DNA of 64,000 nt from Nitrospinales bacterium (GTDB taxonomy: Bacteria > Nitrospinota > Nitrospinia > Nitrospinales > VA-1): contig CBDCWG010000012.1 of assembly GCA_965223345.1 (NCBI GenBank), positions 2,560,001 to 2,624,000 on the forward strand, given 5' to 3'. A model generated the notes under the pieces. That model was not told where the DNA came from. It worked only from the letters and a program-made list of their open reading frames with translations, and did no database searches. Positions within the stretch are counted from its first letter, which is position 1, and each line of letters starts with the position of its first letter. The position numbers were made by a program, and so were the translations under genes. Positions 10,099-20,490 of the stretch are shown here, piece by piece.

Positions 10099-11508
10099 AT
10101 GCGAACCACATTGATCGCGCACGCGACGCTGCTCGTGCAGTCGAAAAACACCACGCTTCTGTCCGACCCGGTTCTGTTCAACCTGCACTGGGAGGAGCTC
10201 AACGTGCACTGCCCGGCGGTGGCGCTGGAGCTGGACAAGTTCCCGAAGGTGGACATCCTCAACATTTCGCACCGGCACCAGGATCATTTCGACATCCGCA
10301 CGCTGGCGTATCTGGCCGAGAACGATTCCATCCTGGCTCCCGATGCGGTGGTGCTGGCGCCGCAGGACGAAATTTTATTGGACGTTCTGAAAGAACTGGA
10401 GTTCAAGAACGTGCGCGTGGTGAAGGATTTCGAGACGTTTCAGGTCAAGGATTTCACGCTCACGCCGACGCCGTCGCACAACGACCAGGATTATTTTCCC
10501 GAGCATGGAATTCTGATCCACGACGGCGAGGTGACGGTGTGGAACCAGGTGGACACGATCGTCAGCCCGCCTGTGATTCAATACATCCACAAGCTGTACG
10601 GGCAGGTGGACTGCGCGCACGTGCGTTACCTGCCGCTGCTGGAGGGCAATTTCACGTTCCATAAAGAACTGGAGTTGCCGATCGAGGAATACCGTTCCTT
10701 CCTGCAGGTGGCGGCGGCGCTGAGACCGAAATTCGCGGTTCCCGGTTCGGCGGGTTTCCGCTACAAGGACGAGTACGCGTTTCTCAACCGCTATTCGTTT
10801 CCCGCGACGCAGACGCAGTTTCTGCGCGATCTGAGAGATTTCTGCCCGGACATCGACAGCAGCACGTTTTATCCCGGCGACATCGCCGTGATCGATCCCG
10901 GCGGTGTGGAGATCGAACGGCAGGCGGCGGATTTCGTGCGCGTGAAGGAGGACGACGAGCACCTGGTGGAGTTCAAGCCGGTGGCGGAGGTCGCGCCGCT
11001 CAGGACGCTGACCGAAGACCCCGCCGAGCGCGAAAAGGAAAAGCAGGCGGTCATCGAGTACATTGAGACGCGCTTGATCGAAGAGCTGCTGCAAAAGGAA
11101 AGCGTGCGCACCTGGGTGGAATGGAAGACGGCGTACCAGCTGGAACTGTTCGATGCGGACAGCTCGGATATCTGGTGCATCGATTTCGCCGGCGAGGACG
11201 CGGTGATCGAGAAAAAACGTATCGGCAAGATCAATCTCTATGAGGGCATCGCCTATTCCGAATTCTACCGGCTGATGCACAACCAGACCAACTGGGATTT
11301 CGTGGGGGTGGCGGCGCAGTACCGGACGTTTCAGAACATCTACCGTGTGGAGCGCGGCGAGATCGAAAAATACAAGGGCGAAAAGCGCTTCCCGCAGCCT
11401 TTGATGGAACTATTCCCGCCGGATTTGACGATGGACCGGGAAAAATACATGAAGGATGTGCGCCGCTGGAAAGGCAAGGCCGCACCCAAAGTGGACGCCG
11501 GCACCTGA
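10099..11508 (+). CDS. Metallo-beta-lactamase fold protein with C-terminal extension
   Basis: HATLLV...LSDP and SHRHQDH (HxHxDH) motifs. Confidence 0.85.
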   Translation: MRTTLIAHATLLVQSKNTTLLSDPVLFNLHWEELNVHCPAVALELDKFPKVDILNISHRHQDHFDIRTLAYLAENDSILAPDAVVLAPQDEILLDVLKELEFKNVRVVKDFETFQVKDFTLTPTPSHNDQDYFPEHGILIHDGEVTVWNQVDTIVSPPVIQYIHKLYGQVDCAHVRYLPLLEGNFTFHKELELPIEEYRSFLQVAAALRPKFAVPGSAGFRYKDEYAFLNRYSFPATQTQFLRDLRDFCPDIDSSTFYPGDIAVIDPGGVEIERQAADFVRVKEDDEHLVEFKPVAEVAPLRTLTEDPAEREKEKQAVIEYIETRLIEELLQKESVRTWVEWKTAYQLELFDADSSDIWCIDFAGEDAVIEKKRIGKINLYEGIAYSEFYRLMHNQTNWDFVGVAAQYRTFQNIYRVERGEIEKYKGEKRFPQPLMELFPPDLTMDREKYMKDVRRWKGKAAPKVDAGT

Positions 11509-11614
11509 GAGGCCCGAACCGGGCGATTGAAACCCCGCTTCCCTGCATCTTCGCATCCTGCTATCCTGTTTTCAGCAAAGCGGCCCGTTTTCGGCGCCCC
11601 CGCCGTGTGGGCGC

Positions 11615-11643
11615 TTGACATCGCTTGCGGAAACGGGTAGATT
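11615..11643 (+). promoter_or_regulatory. Sigma70 promoter of tRNA-Met
   Basis: TTGACA-N17-TAGATT. Confidence 0.7.
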
Positions 11644-11724
11644 TTCGGATTCTTTCTAACGAATTCAAACGGTTGACGGTTCCGGCCGGAGCGGTCGGGC
11701 GTTGATTCCATACATACCGAATAC

Positions 11725-11801
11725 GGCGGTGTAGCTCAGCTGGTTAGAGCATACGGCTCATATCCGTAGCGTCCGGGGTTCAAGTCCCTGCACCGCCACC
11801 A
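11725..11801 (+). tRNA. tRNA-Met(CAT), elongator type
   Basis: GGCGGTG/CACCGCC acceptor stem, anticodon loop CTCATAT, GTTCAAGTC T-loop, encoded CCA. Confidence 0.93.
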
Positions 11802-12102
11802 TTTCCCCCCTGAAATCAAAAAAAAATCATGAGCCAGGGCCGTTGCCGGACTGGCTCGGTTTCCTGTCCCTTGCAGTCCCGTGCCTGAGCCGGCATTGGC
11901 AAACGTTTCAACAGGATAAAGTAAAAGTATACTGCTTACATGCGGGTGCTGAATTCAGGGACCTGTGAATTCAGCATGCGAAAACCGGCCCGAAATTGCA
12001 AAATAAAACCTCCCGACAGGTTGATCTTTCAAGATTCGGAACCTACGTTTAGATACCCGATCATGGTCGAAATGATTGAATCCACTCATAAGAGTCTGCA
12101 TC

Positions 12103-14301
12103 ATGCGTGCGCGAACTTTCACAGGATTGTGCGGGATACTTGCTGCCGGGGTCGGTGCGTCCCTGGTTTCGGTTCCCCAGGTTTCAGGGAAAACGCTCGA
12201 TGTGCTCGAAATGAACCTGGCTCAGCTGATGGATCAGGAAGTGGTCACTCCCTCCCGCATCGCGCAGAAGATATCCGACGCTCCCGGAACCGTCATCGTG
12301 GTGACGCAACAACAGATTCGCGAACGGGGTTACGTCAATCTCGTCGATGTGCTGGAAGACCTTCCCAGTATAGACATTCAGCGCCAATCCGCCCCCAACC
12401 CCTACAACCGCATCGGATTTCGCGGAATTGTCGATAACAATCAATTCATCATTCTGCAAAACGGTTTCCGCATCAGTGCGCCCACCGGAGAAAACGTTCC
12501 GATCGACAACAATTTTCCGGTTTTTCACGCAAGCCGGGTGGAGGTGATCTACGGACCGGTGTCCGCCCTTTACGGCGCCGATGCTTTCACCGGTGTCGTC
12601 AATATCATCACGGACACAGCGGATTCGATCGATGGCTTCGAGGTTTCCTCGGCGATCGGCACGGACGATTATTTTTACAATTCCTTGAAATTCGGCAAGG
12701 CTCTGACGGAAAAAATAGATTTCACGTTCGGCGGCCACTGGCACACATCCGAGAACCCGGACCTTTCCGACACCTATCCGGACCGGTACCAGGGATTTCA
12801 GGGAGACCTCTTGAATGCCGACGGGAGTGTTTTCCGGGCAGCGGCCGACAGGACGGATGTCTATTTTGGCGAAACCAGCAGCTACAGCGTCTACCTGGAT
12901 CTGGATTTTTTGAAAAAATTCAATGTCGGATACACCCGGTCGTTTCTCAGCCACCCTTCAACCGTGAACGCGCGGCCGGAACGGGCGCTGTTCAGCGATG
13001 ACTCTGTCCTCAAGACACTGCATCAGACGGTGCATGGAAAATACAAGTTTGACGTGACTCCCGCTCTTTCCGGCATCGCGTCTGTGGATTACTCCTATTA
13101 TGAACTGCTGCCGGAGAGCAAATTCACCAACGATGTCGGCGCCTTCAACGCGTTCAAATATGCGGAGGGTGAAAAACTCAAACTCGAACAGCAGTTGAAC
13201 TACAAAATCGATGAGAAACACAAACTGGTTGGCGGACTGCTTTTTGAGGATTTCAATGCGCTGCCGCGGACGGCCGATCTTCCGCAGAGGTACGATCCGG
13301 GCAAGGACCCTGAAGATCAGGGCCTACTGTATCCCAACACGAATATTCCCATCCTGTTTTTCAATGTGGAGTACCAGAATTACGGGGCGTACATCCAGGC
13401 CCAGTCGCAATGGACCGACTGGTTCTCGACGACCATCGGCACGCGTTTCGATTACGATTCCCGGTTTGGCGAGACCTTCAATCCGCGGGTCGGGGCCATT
13501 GTCAAACCGCGGGACGGTACGGTTCTGGAGATTCTTTACAGTGAGGCGTTCCTGGCACCGTCTCCGCAGAGATCCTTCCAGCATTTTGGCTCCTTCGACG
13601 GCACGATTAATGCCGACGGGCTGTTCGAGACTTTTTTCTTCTTCATTCCCAATCCGGACCTGGAGCCTGAAAAGATGCGGACTATTGAGTTCAACGTGAC
13701 GCAGAACGTGACCGACGATTTCATCGTCACTCTGACGGGTTATTACACCCGGGTGGAAGACATCATCGAAACCGTCCGGCTCAACGAGCCCTCCAACTTC
13801 ATTCCCGGGGCGGTGATTTTGGCGCCCCGGCGTGCTGAAAACGTGGGGGAGGCGACCGCGTTCGGCGGCGATATTCGCATGGATTACCAGACAAATATCG
13901 ATCGGTTCAATCTCAAGCTGTGGGCCAACTATTCATGGGTGGACGGCAGCATCGATACAGGGGGCGGCGCCTCCCAGCCGTTGCCGCACGTGTCGCGCAA
14001 CAAGGTGAGAACCGGTTTGACCCTCTCCTACGGAAAGAAGTATTTCGTCACTCCGCGTTTCATCTGGAGCGATAAAGCCGCCATTTTCCCGTCGAGTTCG
14101 TTCGAGAAAACCGATCCCTACGGTGTCTTGCACCTGCATGCGGGAGTCCGGAATATTTACAAGGGCCTTTCCGGTTTTGTCGATGTGAGAAATCTGCTGG
14201 ACGTGAGATATTTTCATACCGGAAACGCCAACAACCGCGATTTCGATAACGCTCCGCAAGACCCGAGGCGCATCGTTGTTGGATTGAGTTATAAATTCTA
14301 A
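12103..14301 (+). CDS. TonB-dependent outer membrane receptor
   Basis: Plug-domain motifs (EVVTPSR, RVEVIYGPVSALYGADAFTGVVNIIT), NPDLEPEK, C-terminal ...LSYKF. Confidence 0.93.
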   Translation: MRARTFTGLCGILAAGVGASLVSVPQVSGKTLDVLEMNLAQLMDQEVVTPSRIAQKISDAPGTVIVVTQQQIRERGYVNLVDVLEDLPSIDIQRQSAPNPYNRIGFRGIVDNNQFIILQNGFRISAPTGENVPIDNNFPVFHASRVEVIYGPVSALYGADAFTGVVNIITDTADSIDGFEVSSAIGTDDYFYNSLKFGKALTEKIDFTFGGHWHTSENPDLSDTYPDRYQGFQGDLLNADGSVFRAAADRTDVYFGETSSYSVYLDLDFLKKFNVGYTRSFLSHPSTVNARPERALFSDDSVLKTLHQTVHGKYKFDVTPALSGIASVDYSYYELLPESKFTNDVGAFNAFKYAEGEKLKLEQQLNYKIDEKHKLVGGLLFEDFNALPRTADLPQRYDPGKDPEDQGLLYPNTNIPILFFNVEYQNYGAYIQAQSQWTDWFSTTIGTRFDYDSRFGETFNPRVGAIVKPRDGTVLEILYSEAFLAPSPQRSFQHFGSFDGTINADGLFETFFFFIPNPDLEPEKMRTIEFNVTQNVTDDFIVTLTGYYTRVEDIIETVRLNEPSNFIPGAVILAPRRAENVGEATAFGGDIRMDYQTNIDRFNLKLWANYSWVDGSIDTGGGASQPLPHVSRNKVRTGLTLSYGKKYFVTPRFIWSDKAAIFPSSSFEKTDPYGVLHLHAGVRNIYKGLSGFVDVRNLLDVRYFHTGNANNRDFDNAPQDPRRIVVGLSYKF

Positions 14302-14540
14302 CTCTCAACAGATGCATTTTCAGTGTGTGAGCAGCAAAAGGATTGATAACCGCAGGACGCACACTAGCAACCGCTGAGAGAATTGTATTTTCCTCCCCCT
14401 CGACGCCAATCTGCTTCAACCAGGGCTCGCCGTTTAATTAAAAAAAACTTCTTCCTTTTTAACGTGGGATGAATTCCTGTTGGCGTTGCCGCAGAAGTGC
14501 GGTATGAAGTGTGCGACCGATCTGAAAAAAGGAGAAGAGG

Positions 14541-15365
14541 ATGGCCAAGATACTTTCGTTTCTTTCCTGGAATGTCGAAAACTTCCACAACGACGCCAGC
14601 CGGGTTGGACGGGTGGTGGATTTCATCGCGCAAAAAAATCCGGATGTGTTCGGCATGTACGAGGTGAAAGGCGCCGCTGTGTTTGCAGCGATGGTGAACA
14701 AAATGCCGGGCTACACGTTTTCGATCACAGAGAGCCCCGGCGTCCCGGAAATCCTGGTGGGGGTGCGCAGCAATCTGACGGCTTTCGTCACCCAGAAAGA
14801 TGAGCTGCAATCGAAGGTGCCGACGCTGCGGCCCGGCGCGCTGGCGACCGTCCACATCGGCCAGGAGAACTACGCGTTGCTTTTCCTGCACCTCAAAAGC
14901 TTCGCCGATCCGCGCGACTGGGGTTTGCGGGACGATATGTTCCAGCATGTCGCGAGCCTGAAACGGGCGCTGGACAGAAACATGCCGGCCGGGCAGAAAG
15001 CGCATTTTGTCGCACTGGGGGATGTCAACACCATGGGCATGAAAGCCGCTTACAACAACGAATCGGATATGACCGCCGCCGAGGAACTGGCGTTCGTGGA
15101 CAACCGCATGAGCGCCGCTGTGAACGGCATGCGGCGGCTGGCCAAGACGCACGACGCCACGTGGTGGAACGGCCGGGACGACCAGGACCCTTCCAGTCTC
15201 GACCACGTGTTCGCGGCCCAGCATCTGGCTTTTAAAACCTTCGCCGGCGGGGGGGAAGTGGAAGTGACGGGTTGGGTTGATGAGCCGACGCCTGCCAAAA
15301 AGCGCAACTGGATCGGGAAGTTTTCCGACCATTGCGTGTTGTACGGAGAGATCCACGATGCGTGA
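14541..15365 (+). CDS. Endonuclease/exonuclease/phosphatase family protein
   Basis: SWNVENF, HLKS, GDVN, LDHVF, SDH catalytic motifs. Confidence 0.88.
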   Translation: MAKILSFLSWNVENFHNDASRVGRVVDFIAQKNPDVFGMYEVKGAAVFAAMVNKMPGYTFSITESPGVPEILVGVRSNLTAFVTQKDELQSKVPTLRPGALATVHIGQENYALLFLHLKSFADPRDWGLRDDMFQHVASLKRALDRNMPAGQKAHFVALGDVNTMGMKAAYNNESDMTAAEELAFVDNRMSAAVNGMRRLAKTHDATWWNGRDDQDPSSLDHVFAAQHLAFKTFAGGGEVEVTGWVDEPTPAKKRNWIGKFSDHCVLYGEIHDA

Positions 15366-15386
15366 GGAAAGCGTGGAGCGACGCGC

Positions 15387-15902
15387 ATGCCCGGCTTGAA
15401 CGAACTGGGGCCCGGGCAGCGGTTCTTCTTTGTGCGGATCTTTCCCTGGTTCATCATACTCATAGGCGGGTTCTGCATGTATCTGGGGTTCATGACCGTC
15501 CACAAAGCGCGGCAGAGCACCGGCTGGCCCTCGGTTGCGGGCCACGTCGTCGAATCCGGAGTGCGGACCGAGCACAGCAGCGGCAGCGGGAAATCCAGCA
15601 CCAGCTACCACGCCAATGTGATCTACGAGTATCGCGTGAACGGAGACAAGCACACGGGGAAGCGTGTGAACTTCGGGGAGTACGGCCGGGAAATCCCGGA
15701 TCACGCGCAGGCCATTGCCGACCGCTATCCGGTGGGGAAGGAGGTGCCCGTCTACCACGACCCCGACAGCCCGGACGATGCGGTGCTGGAGCCGGGGGCG
15801 CACGGCGTGCCCTGGTTCTTCATCGTGATGGGCATCCCGTTCGTGATCTTCGGGTTCGGATTGGCTTACTTTCTGCCGGGGATGGCCGCCAAAGCGCGCT
15901 AG
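15387..15902 (+). CDS. DUF3592 membrane protein
   Basis: TM, W....G.V, Y.Y.V.G, YP.G..V.VYHDP..P..AVL, TM. Confidence 0.85.
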   Translation: MPGLNELGPGQRFFFVRIFPWFIILIGGFCMYLGFMTVHKARQSTGWPSVAGHVVESGVRTEHSSGSGKSSTSYHANVIYEYRVNGDKHTGKRVNFGEYGREIPDHAQAIADRYPVGKEVPVYHDPDSPDDAVLEPGAHGVPWFFIVMGIPFVIFGFGLAYFLPGMAAKAR

Positions 15903-15903
15903 G

Positions 15904-16989
15904 CTATTCCCGATCCGCTTGTAGGGTGCTACGGACGACGCTCCTCGCGGCGCGCGTGCCCATGAACTTTTGCTGGTCGTAACCGAGGATCATCTCCCAG
16001 GCTGCATCTTCATAGGCCGCGATCAGCGGCAGCGCGACCTCCTCCAGCATCCAGCGTCCGTGGCGCTTGTCCACCTTGATGTGCAGCTCCCAGTACTTCC
16101 TGGCTTTTTCGGGCAGGTTGAGGCGTATGGCGGCGAGCCGGTAATTTTCAAACGCCGCCGGCACTGAAATCTCGGTGTGCAGCAGCCCGCCGACGTAGCG
16201 CAGAAAATGGCGTTTGCGCTCGCAAAGATAAAAACTGTGGTTGATCGTGGCCAGCACCTCCCAGGGAACCCGCTCGAAATACGCCTCGGGTTCGGTACGC
16301 ATCCCCAGAGAGTCCAGCATGGCCGTGAAGAATGAAGAATGCTTGCGTTCCAGGCGGCCGGCGCCGTATTCCTCGATCAGCAGCCGCGTCAGCATCGACT
16401 GCACCGCATTGCCCACCCCGCCGATCACCCTCGATAGCTGGCTCGCTTCCACCAGACCGTCGAGGGAGGCGATGGCCAGCAGACGCCGGTAGCCCTTTTC
16501 CGACAGGCGGTCGCGGAAATAAAGATCGGTCTCCGAGGGTTCGGGGGCAAGGTCGGCCTGCGCCCGTTTTCTCAGCGCCGCTTCGACGTTCTCTTTCTTT
16601 AGCGCAGGGATGTCGAGATGCCGGCGTTCCCACTGCTGCCAGGCGTTTTCGATGCGCAGGCGGATGGCGGCCAGCTGGGTGGAGCCCTCGTTGTCGTAAT
16701 GGCTCAGGTCGTCGTACCAGAACAGTTTCAGCCGGTTGATGCGGTACAGAACCCGTTGCAGGAAACGGTGCGCCTGACTGGAAGGCAGATCGGTTTTATA
16801 CGCCTCTGTGATGGCCCGGTCGATGGCGGCGTTCACCGCTTGCATCGGCTCCGGGTTTGCCAGCATCTGTTGATCGAGGTTTTTCAATCGCATCAGGTGC
16901 AGGAAGCGTCGTTCGGCGTCGGAATAGTCGTTGCGGGTTGCGGTCTGCGAAATGGCATCGGCTGCGATGCGGGTCTCAAGAGTCGGCAC
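15904..16989 (-). CDS. Heme-oxygenase-like diiron oxidase (iron-containing redox enzyme family)
   Basis: IEEYG....KHS.FF, GGLLHTE, YWELHIKVDKRHG carboxylate/His ligand pattern. Confidence 0.8.
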   Translation of the reverse strand: MPTLETRIAADAISQTATRNDYSDAERRFLHLMRLKNLDQQMLANPEPMQAVNAAIDRAITEAYKTDLPSSQAHRFLQRVLYRINRLKLFWYDDLSHYDNEGSTQLAAIRLRIENAWQQWERRHLDIPALKKENVEAALRKRAQADLAPEPSETDLYFRDRLSEKGYRRLLAIASLDGLVEASQLSRVIGGVGNAVQSMLTRLLIEEYGAGRLERKHSSFFTAMLDSLGMRTEPEAYFERVPWEVLATINHSFYLCERKRHFLRYVGGLLHTEISVPAAFENYRLAAIRLNLPEKARKYWELHIKVDKRHGRWMLEEVALPLIAAYEDAAWEMILGYDQQKFMGTRAARSVVRSTLQADRE

Positions 16990-17128
16990 GGATATCCAGG
17001 GGAAAAAGGGTCCACGATTTTGGAAACAGGAGTTTCATTGTAACATCGAATGACCGCATTCCCAGCAAAGAGGGGGCGGGGCAGCGGGAAACCCGTTGCC
17101 TGATGTTTCCGATGGGCCGGTTTCCCGC

Positions 17129-18766
17129 TCAGTAGGGAGGCAGGGTGGTCAGGCGCGTGTCCTCGACCGGGCCGCCGACCGTGAAATGGTACAGGCTCTG
17201 GAAGCGGTCGTCCCCGATGCCGAAGATTTCGTGCACCGGATCGTCGAAAAAGCAGCCGATGCCGGTGCTGCGGATGCCGCTGACCTCCGCCTGCAGGTAG
17301 AGGACCTGCCCGATGGCGCCGCATTCCCAGTACAGGCGCGGATAAAACCACGGGCCGTATCGTTTCAGCGGCTGCGAAAAAGCAGAGAGCATCCCCAGGC
17401 TGAAACAGCCGTCCGCCGCAATCGCCTGGCCACACGACACCGACGCGGCGCGGTTGCGGAAATCCCCCAGCGCAAGGAAGTACAGATCCAGATCGTCGGG
17501 GCAGCCGGGCGGTTTCTCCCACAAAAAGTCGGGCTTGCAGCTGGAACGCAATTCCTGCACGTGGGTTTGATTGCGGACGAGACAATACAGCCCCTCGGGC
17601 AGGTCGTCCACCCGGTGCACGAACAGCCCTAGGTGCACCTGCGGCTGCCAGGGAACCGCCTGAAAGGGCAGGGGGCAGAGCGCGGGCACCGTTTTGATCA
17701 TGAACTGCAGGAAGGTGTCGCGCGGGATGCGGGTGCGGCCGTCCATGGCGACGGCGCTGCGCCGCTGGTGGATGGCTTTGCGCAGGGGAAACGCATCCTG
17801 CGCGAGCAGGGAAGCGCTGCCGGTGGGCGGAGCAGGCGGAGTTTCCGCTGCCGGTGGTTTCATCGCGGCTTCGGACACCTCGCCGATGGCGCTCCATTCG
17901 ACGTGCGAAGGGCTGAGCGTGTTCGGCGTCCCCAGCCATTCCAGATCTTCAAACTCCCTCACTGCCTCCGCAACATCCATAGCGGGTGGTTTGGTGATCG
18001 ATTCGGGTGAGACGGCGAGGAGGCAGTCGGGCACCTCCACTTCGGTGGCGCTTTTTTCGGTCAGGCCGAGCAGCGACTCCAGCGTTTTGCCATCCAGCGC
18101 ATCCAGCAGGGTGGCGTTCCAGCCGAGTCCCGCACAGGCGAGGCCGATCGCGCCCAGCGCGTGGCCCAGGTCGTGGTGGCAGTAGCGGTAGGCGCGCAGG
18201 CCGTATTTCCAGGCTTCGCGCCAGTAGATCGAGCTGAGACCCATAAACAGCGTCTGCGGCGGAAAGCCCGCGCTCAGTTTTTCCCAGGATGACTCGGGCA
18301 GCTGGGCGCGGATCTCCAGCGCGTGCACCGCCGGCGCGTAATGATACACGGCGGCTGTGGCGGAAAGCCCCTGCAAGGGGCCCGCGATCAGGTAGCCTTC
18401 GGTGGGGTGCAGGTTGCCGCTGGAAGGGTTGACCCTCAGCGCCCACTGCGATCCCTGAAAGCTCTTCCAGGCGGAGAGCGCCAGGCAGTCGAAAAAAAGC
18501 TGCGACAGGGAAGCGATGTCGAATGGCGCTTTGGCGGAGCGTGCAGGATCGAGCGCTTCTGAAAAGAAAGGCCCTTCCTCAGCGGGCGGGATTTTCTGCA
18601 GCGTGACGATGGGCGCGCCGGCGTAGCGGCGGAACGGGTCCGGCTGCGAGGCCCAGTCCAGGTAGCCCGGTCCCGGCGCGAACCCCCGGCAGCCGTGCTT
18701 GGACACGCGGTGGTACTGCAGGACGGTTTCCAGGTCGCTTTCGGTTTTTGGGGATTGCGTCGTCAT
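17129..18766 (-). CDS. SagB/ThcOx-type tandem nitroreductase (FMN dehydrogenase)
   Basis: YHRVSKH, LRVNPSSGNLHPTE, WKYG.RAYRY, RRSA, GIGCFFDD. Confidence 0.88.
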   Translation of the reverse strand: MTTQSPKTESDLETVLQYHRVSKHGCRGFAPGPGYLDWASQPDPFRRYAGAPIVTLQKIPPAEEGPFFSEALDPARSAKAPFDIASLSQLFFDCLALSAWKSFQGSQWALRVNPSSGNLHPTEGYLIAGPLQGLSATAAVYHYAPAVHALEIRAQLPESSWEKLSAGFPPQTLFMGLSSIYWREAWKYGLRAYRYCHHDLGHALGAIGLACAGLGWNATLLDALDGKTLESLLGLTEKSATEVEVPDCLLAVSPESITKPPAMDVAEAVREFEDLEWLGTPNTLSPSHVEWSAIGEVSEAAMKPPAAETPPAPPTGSASLLAQDAFPLRKAIHQRRSAVAMDGRTRIPRDTFLQFMIKTVPALCPLPFQAVPWQPQVHLGLFVHRVDDLPEGLYCLVRNQTHVQELRSSCKPDFLWEKPPGCPDDLDLYFLALGDFRNRAASVSCGQAIAADGCFSLGMLSAFSQPLKRYGPWFYPRLYWECGAIGQVLYLQAEVSGIRSTGIGCFFDDPVHEIFGIGDDRFQSLYHFTVGGPVEDTRLTTLPPY

Positions 18767-18860
18767 GCAGCTGCATTGTAAACCAGGATGGGGCGATTGG
18801 GGGCGATCCGGAAAGCAAAAATGCGGTACAGTGCGGGAGTTTGCAACAGAAAGGACTCAT

Positions 18861-19526
18861 ATGCGCAAAGCGGTCATTGCGGCACTCATTCTGGCGGTGC
18901 TGATCGGCGTGCTGTTCTGGGGCACGCCGGTGACGCGGGTGGGCTCCGGGTTTCTGGCTGGTGACGGCCGCATCGTGCTCACGCAGCGCGATCTGGTGCA
19001 GGATGCCGCAGAGATTCGCGTGAAGTTTCCCAACGAAGACGACATCGCGGCGCAACGCATCGACAGGGGCGACACGGGCCCGGTGGCGATTCTGAAACTG
19101 CAGGAAGCGCCGAAAGTGAAACGGCGGCCGCTCACGATCCAGGCGCAACAACCGGATGAGGACTACGTGTTCACGCTGGGATATCCCTGGACCAACACAC
19201 AGGAAGACAGGCACAGGTTGCTGGAAGGCGCTCTGGTTTCGCGGGTGGAGGACGACTCGGGATTGTGGAGCGTGCGTCTGGAGCTGGACCCGGTGCACAG
19301 CGGCGGTCCGCTGTTCAATTCAAAACGGGAAGTGGTGGGGATGGTGCTGGCGATGCAGGGGGCCGAGGCTGCCGGAACGCACAGGGCGGTTCCGGCAGCG
19401 GTGCTGATCGATGTGTTGCGCAGAAACGGTGTCTCCGTGGCCGATCCGCCTGCCGCAAAGGACGCTTCATTGCAGGAATTCATCGAGGCGGTGAGAAACA
19501 ACGTCGTCCTGATCGAGGCCCAGTGA
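18861..19526 (+). CDS. Trypsin-like (S1C) protease homolog, catalytic triad degenerate
   Basis: Signal anchor, GSGF, LGYP, HSGGPLFN..EVVG; no His or Asp at the expected positions. Confidence 0.75.
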   Translation: MRKAVIAALILAVLIGVLFWGTPVTRVGSGFLAGDGRIVLTQRDLVQDAAEIRVKFPNEDDIAAQRIDRGDTGPVAILKLQEAPKVKRRPLTIQAQQPDEDYVFTLGYPWTNTQEDRHRLLEGALVSRVEDDSGLWSVRLELDPVHSGGPLFNSKREVVGMVLAMQGAEAAGTHRAVPAAVLIDVLRRNGVSVADPPAAKDASLQEFIEAVRNNVVLIEAQ

Positions 19527-19574
19527 GCCTGCATAACGAAGAAGACCGAATGATCAGGAACGGGTCGAGGGCGG

Positions 19575-20105
19575 TCACTCCATACTCTGGATCTTCTCCA
19601 TCACGTATTTGCCCGTATCCCGCAAAAAGCGGTCCATGCGCTGTTTCCCCTCCGGCGTCAGGTGGATCATTTTGCAGCGGCTGTCCAGGGGCTTTCCGGT
19701 CCGACGGTTGAAACCGCCTTTGCGGATCTCCAGCAGGCCGGTGTCCACGCCGTCCTTTTCCACGATTTTGGTGGTGGTCTGTTTTTCCAGGTTGCCCTGC
19801 ACGATTTCCGGGACGTCCTTCAGGGGCAGCGGTTGGCCGGTGTGGTAGAGGTGAAAGCAGAGATCCCGGATCTGCGGCCGGATCGCGCGCGGAGCGTCAC
19901 CGGACTCGATGTCGTCGGGATCGAAGAACATCGCCCGGACCCATTTTTTTTCGATGTCCTTTTCCATGTTGCAGAACAGGACGCCCACGCGGGTTTCCTG
20001 TTCCTCTGCGGGGGGTGCGGGTTGGGGCGCTTCAGGTTGTTTGATTTCTCCGAGTATGGGGTCGGGTTCTTTATTTCGATTCCAGAACACGGTAGTGCCT
20101 CCCAA
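19575..20105 (-). CDS. Hypothetical protein with MarR-like winged-helix C-terminus
   Basis: ...DSRCKMIHLTPEGKQRM matches the wHTH wing D.R...I.LT..G pattern. Confidence 0.6.
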   Translation of the reverse strand: MGGTTVFWNRNKEPDPILGEIKQPEAPQPAPPAEEQETRVGVLFCNMEKDIEKKWVRAMFFDPDDIESGDAPRAIRPQIRDLCFHLYHTGQPLPLKDVPEIVQGNLEKQTTTKIVEKDGVDTGLLEIRKGGFNRRTGKPLDSRCKMIHLTPEGKQRMDRFLRDTGKYVMEKIQSME

Positions 20106-20490
20106 AACGATTGGTTTTCCTCAACTTGTATTACTACAACTACAGTGTAAGTGTATTGTATATTTCCAAGGAAAGCAATAAAAAATATCGTTAATGTAAT
20201 ATTAATTCGACATTTTTAAATGACTCTGGCAGGGCGGGAAGACAGCGCGGTCTTGTTGCGGTTTGCAGGGACCGGATTTTCAATCATCAGGCAGCGCTCC
20301 GGCCGAAAGCGCGGGACGCAGGGGAGGGAAAACCCGCTTGTTTCCCCGCGTTATCACTGATTTGTCACAATGTCATTCGGGGTATTGATCCGGGCCGCGT
20401 TTTCTATACAATGTGCCTGCTCTGAAGGGCTTTGTTTTCATTCGTGGTAGCCACGATCAAACCGGATCGCGTTCTGGGTGTCCCTCTGCT

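Noticed and set aside
20290..20350. GAAA...GGGACGCA resembling a c-di-GMP-I riboswitch
   Set aside because: It lacks the GGCAAAC/GCAAAG elements and a convincing P1/P3; it would need an Infernal hit.
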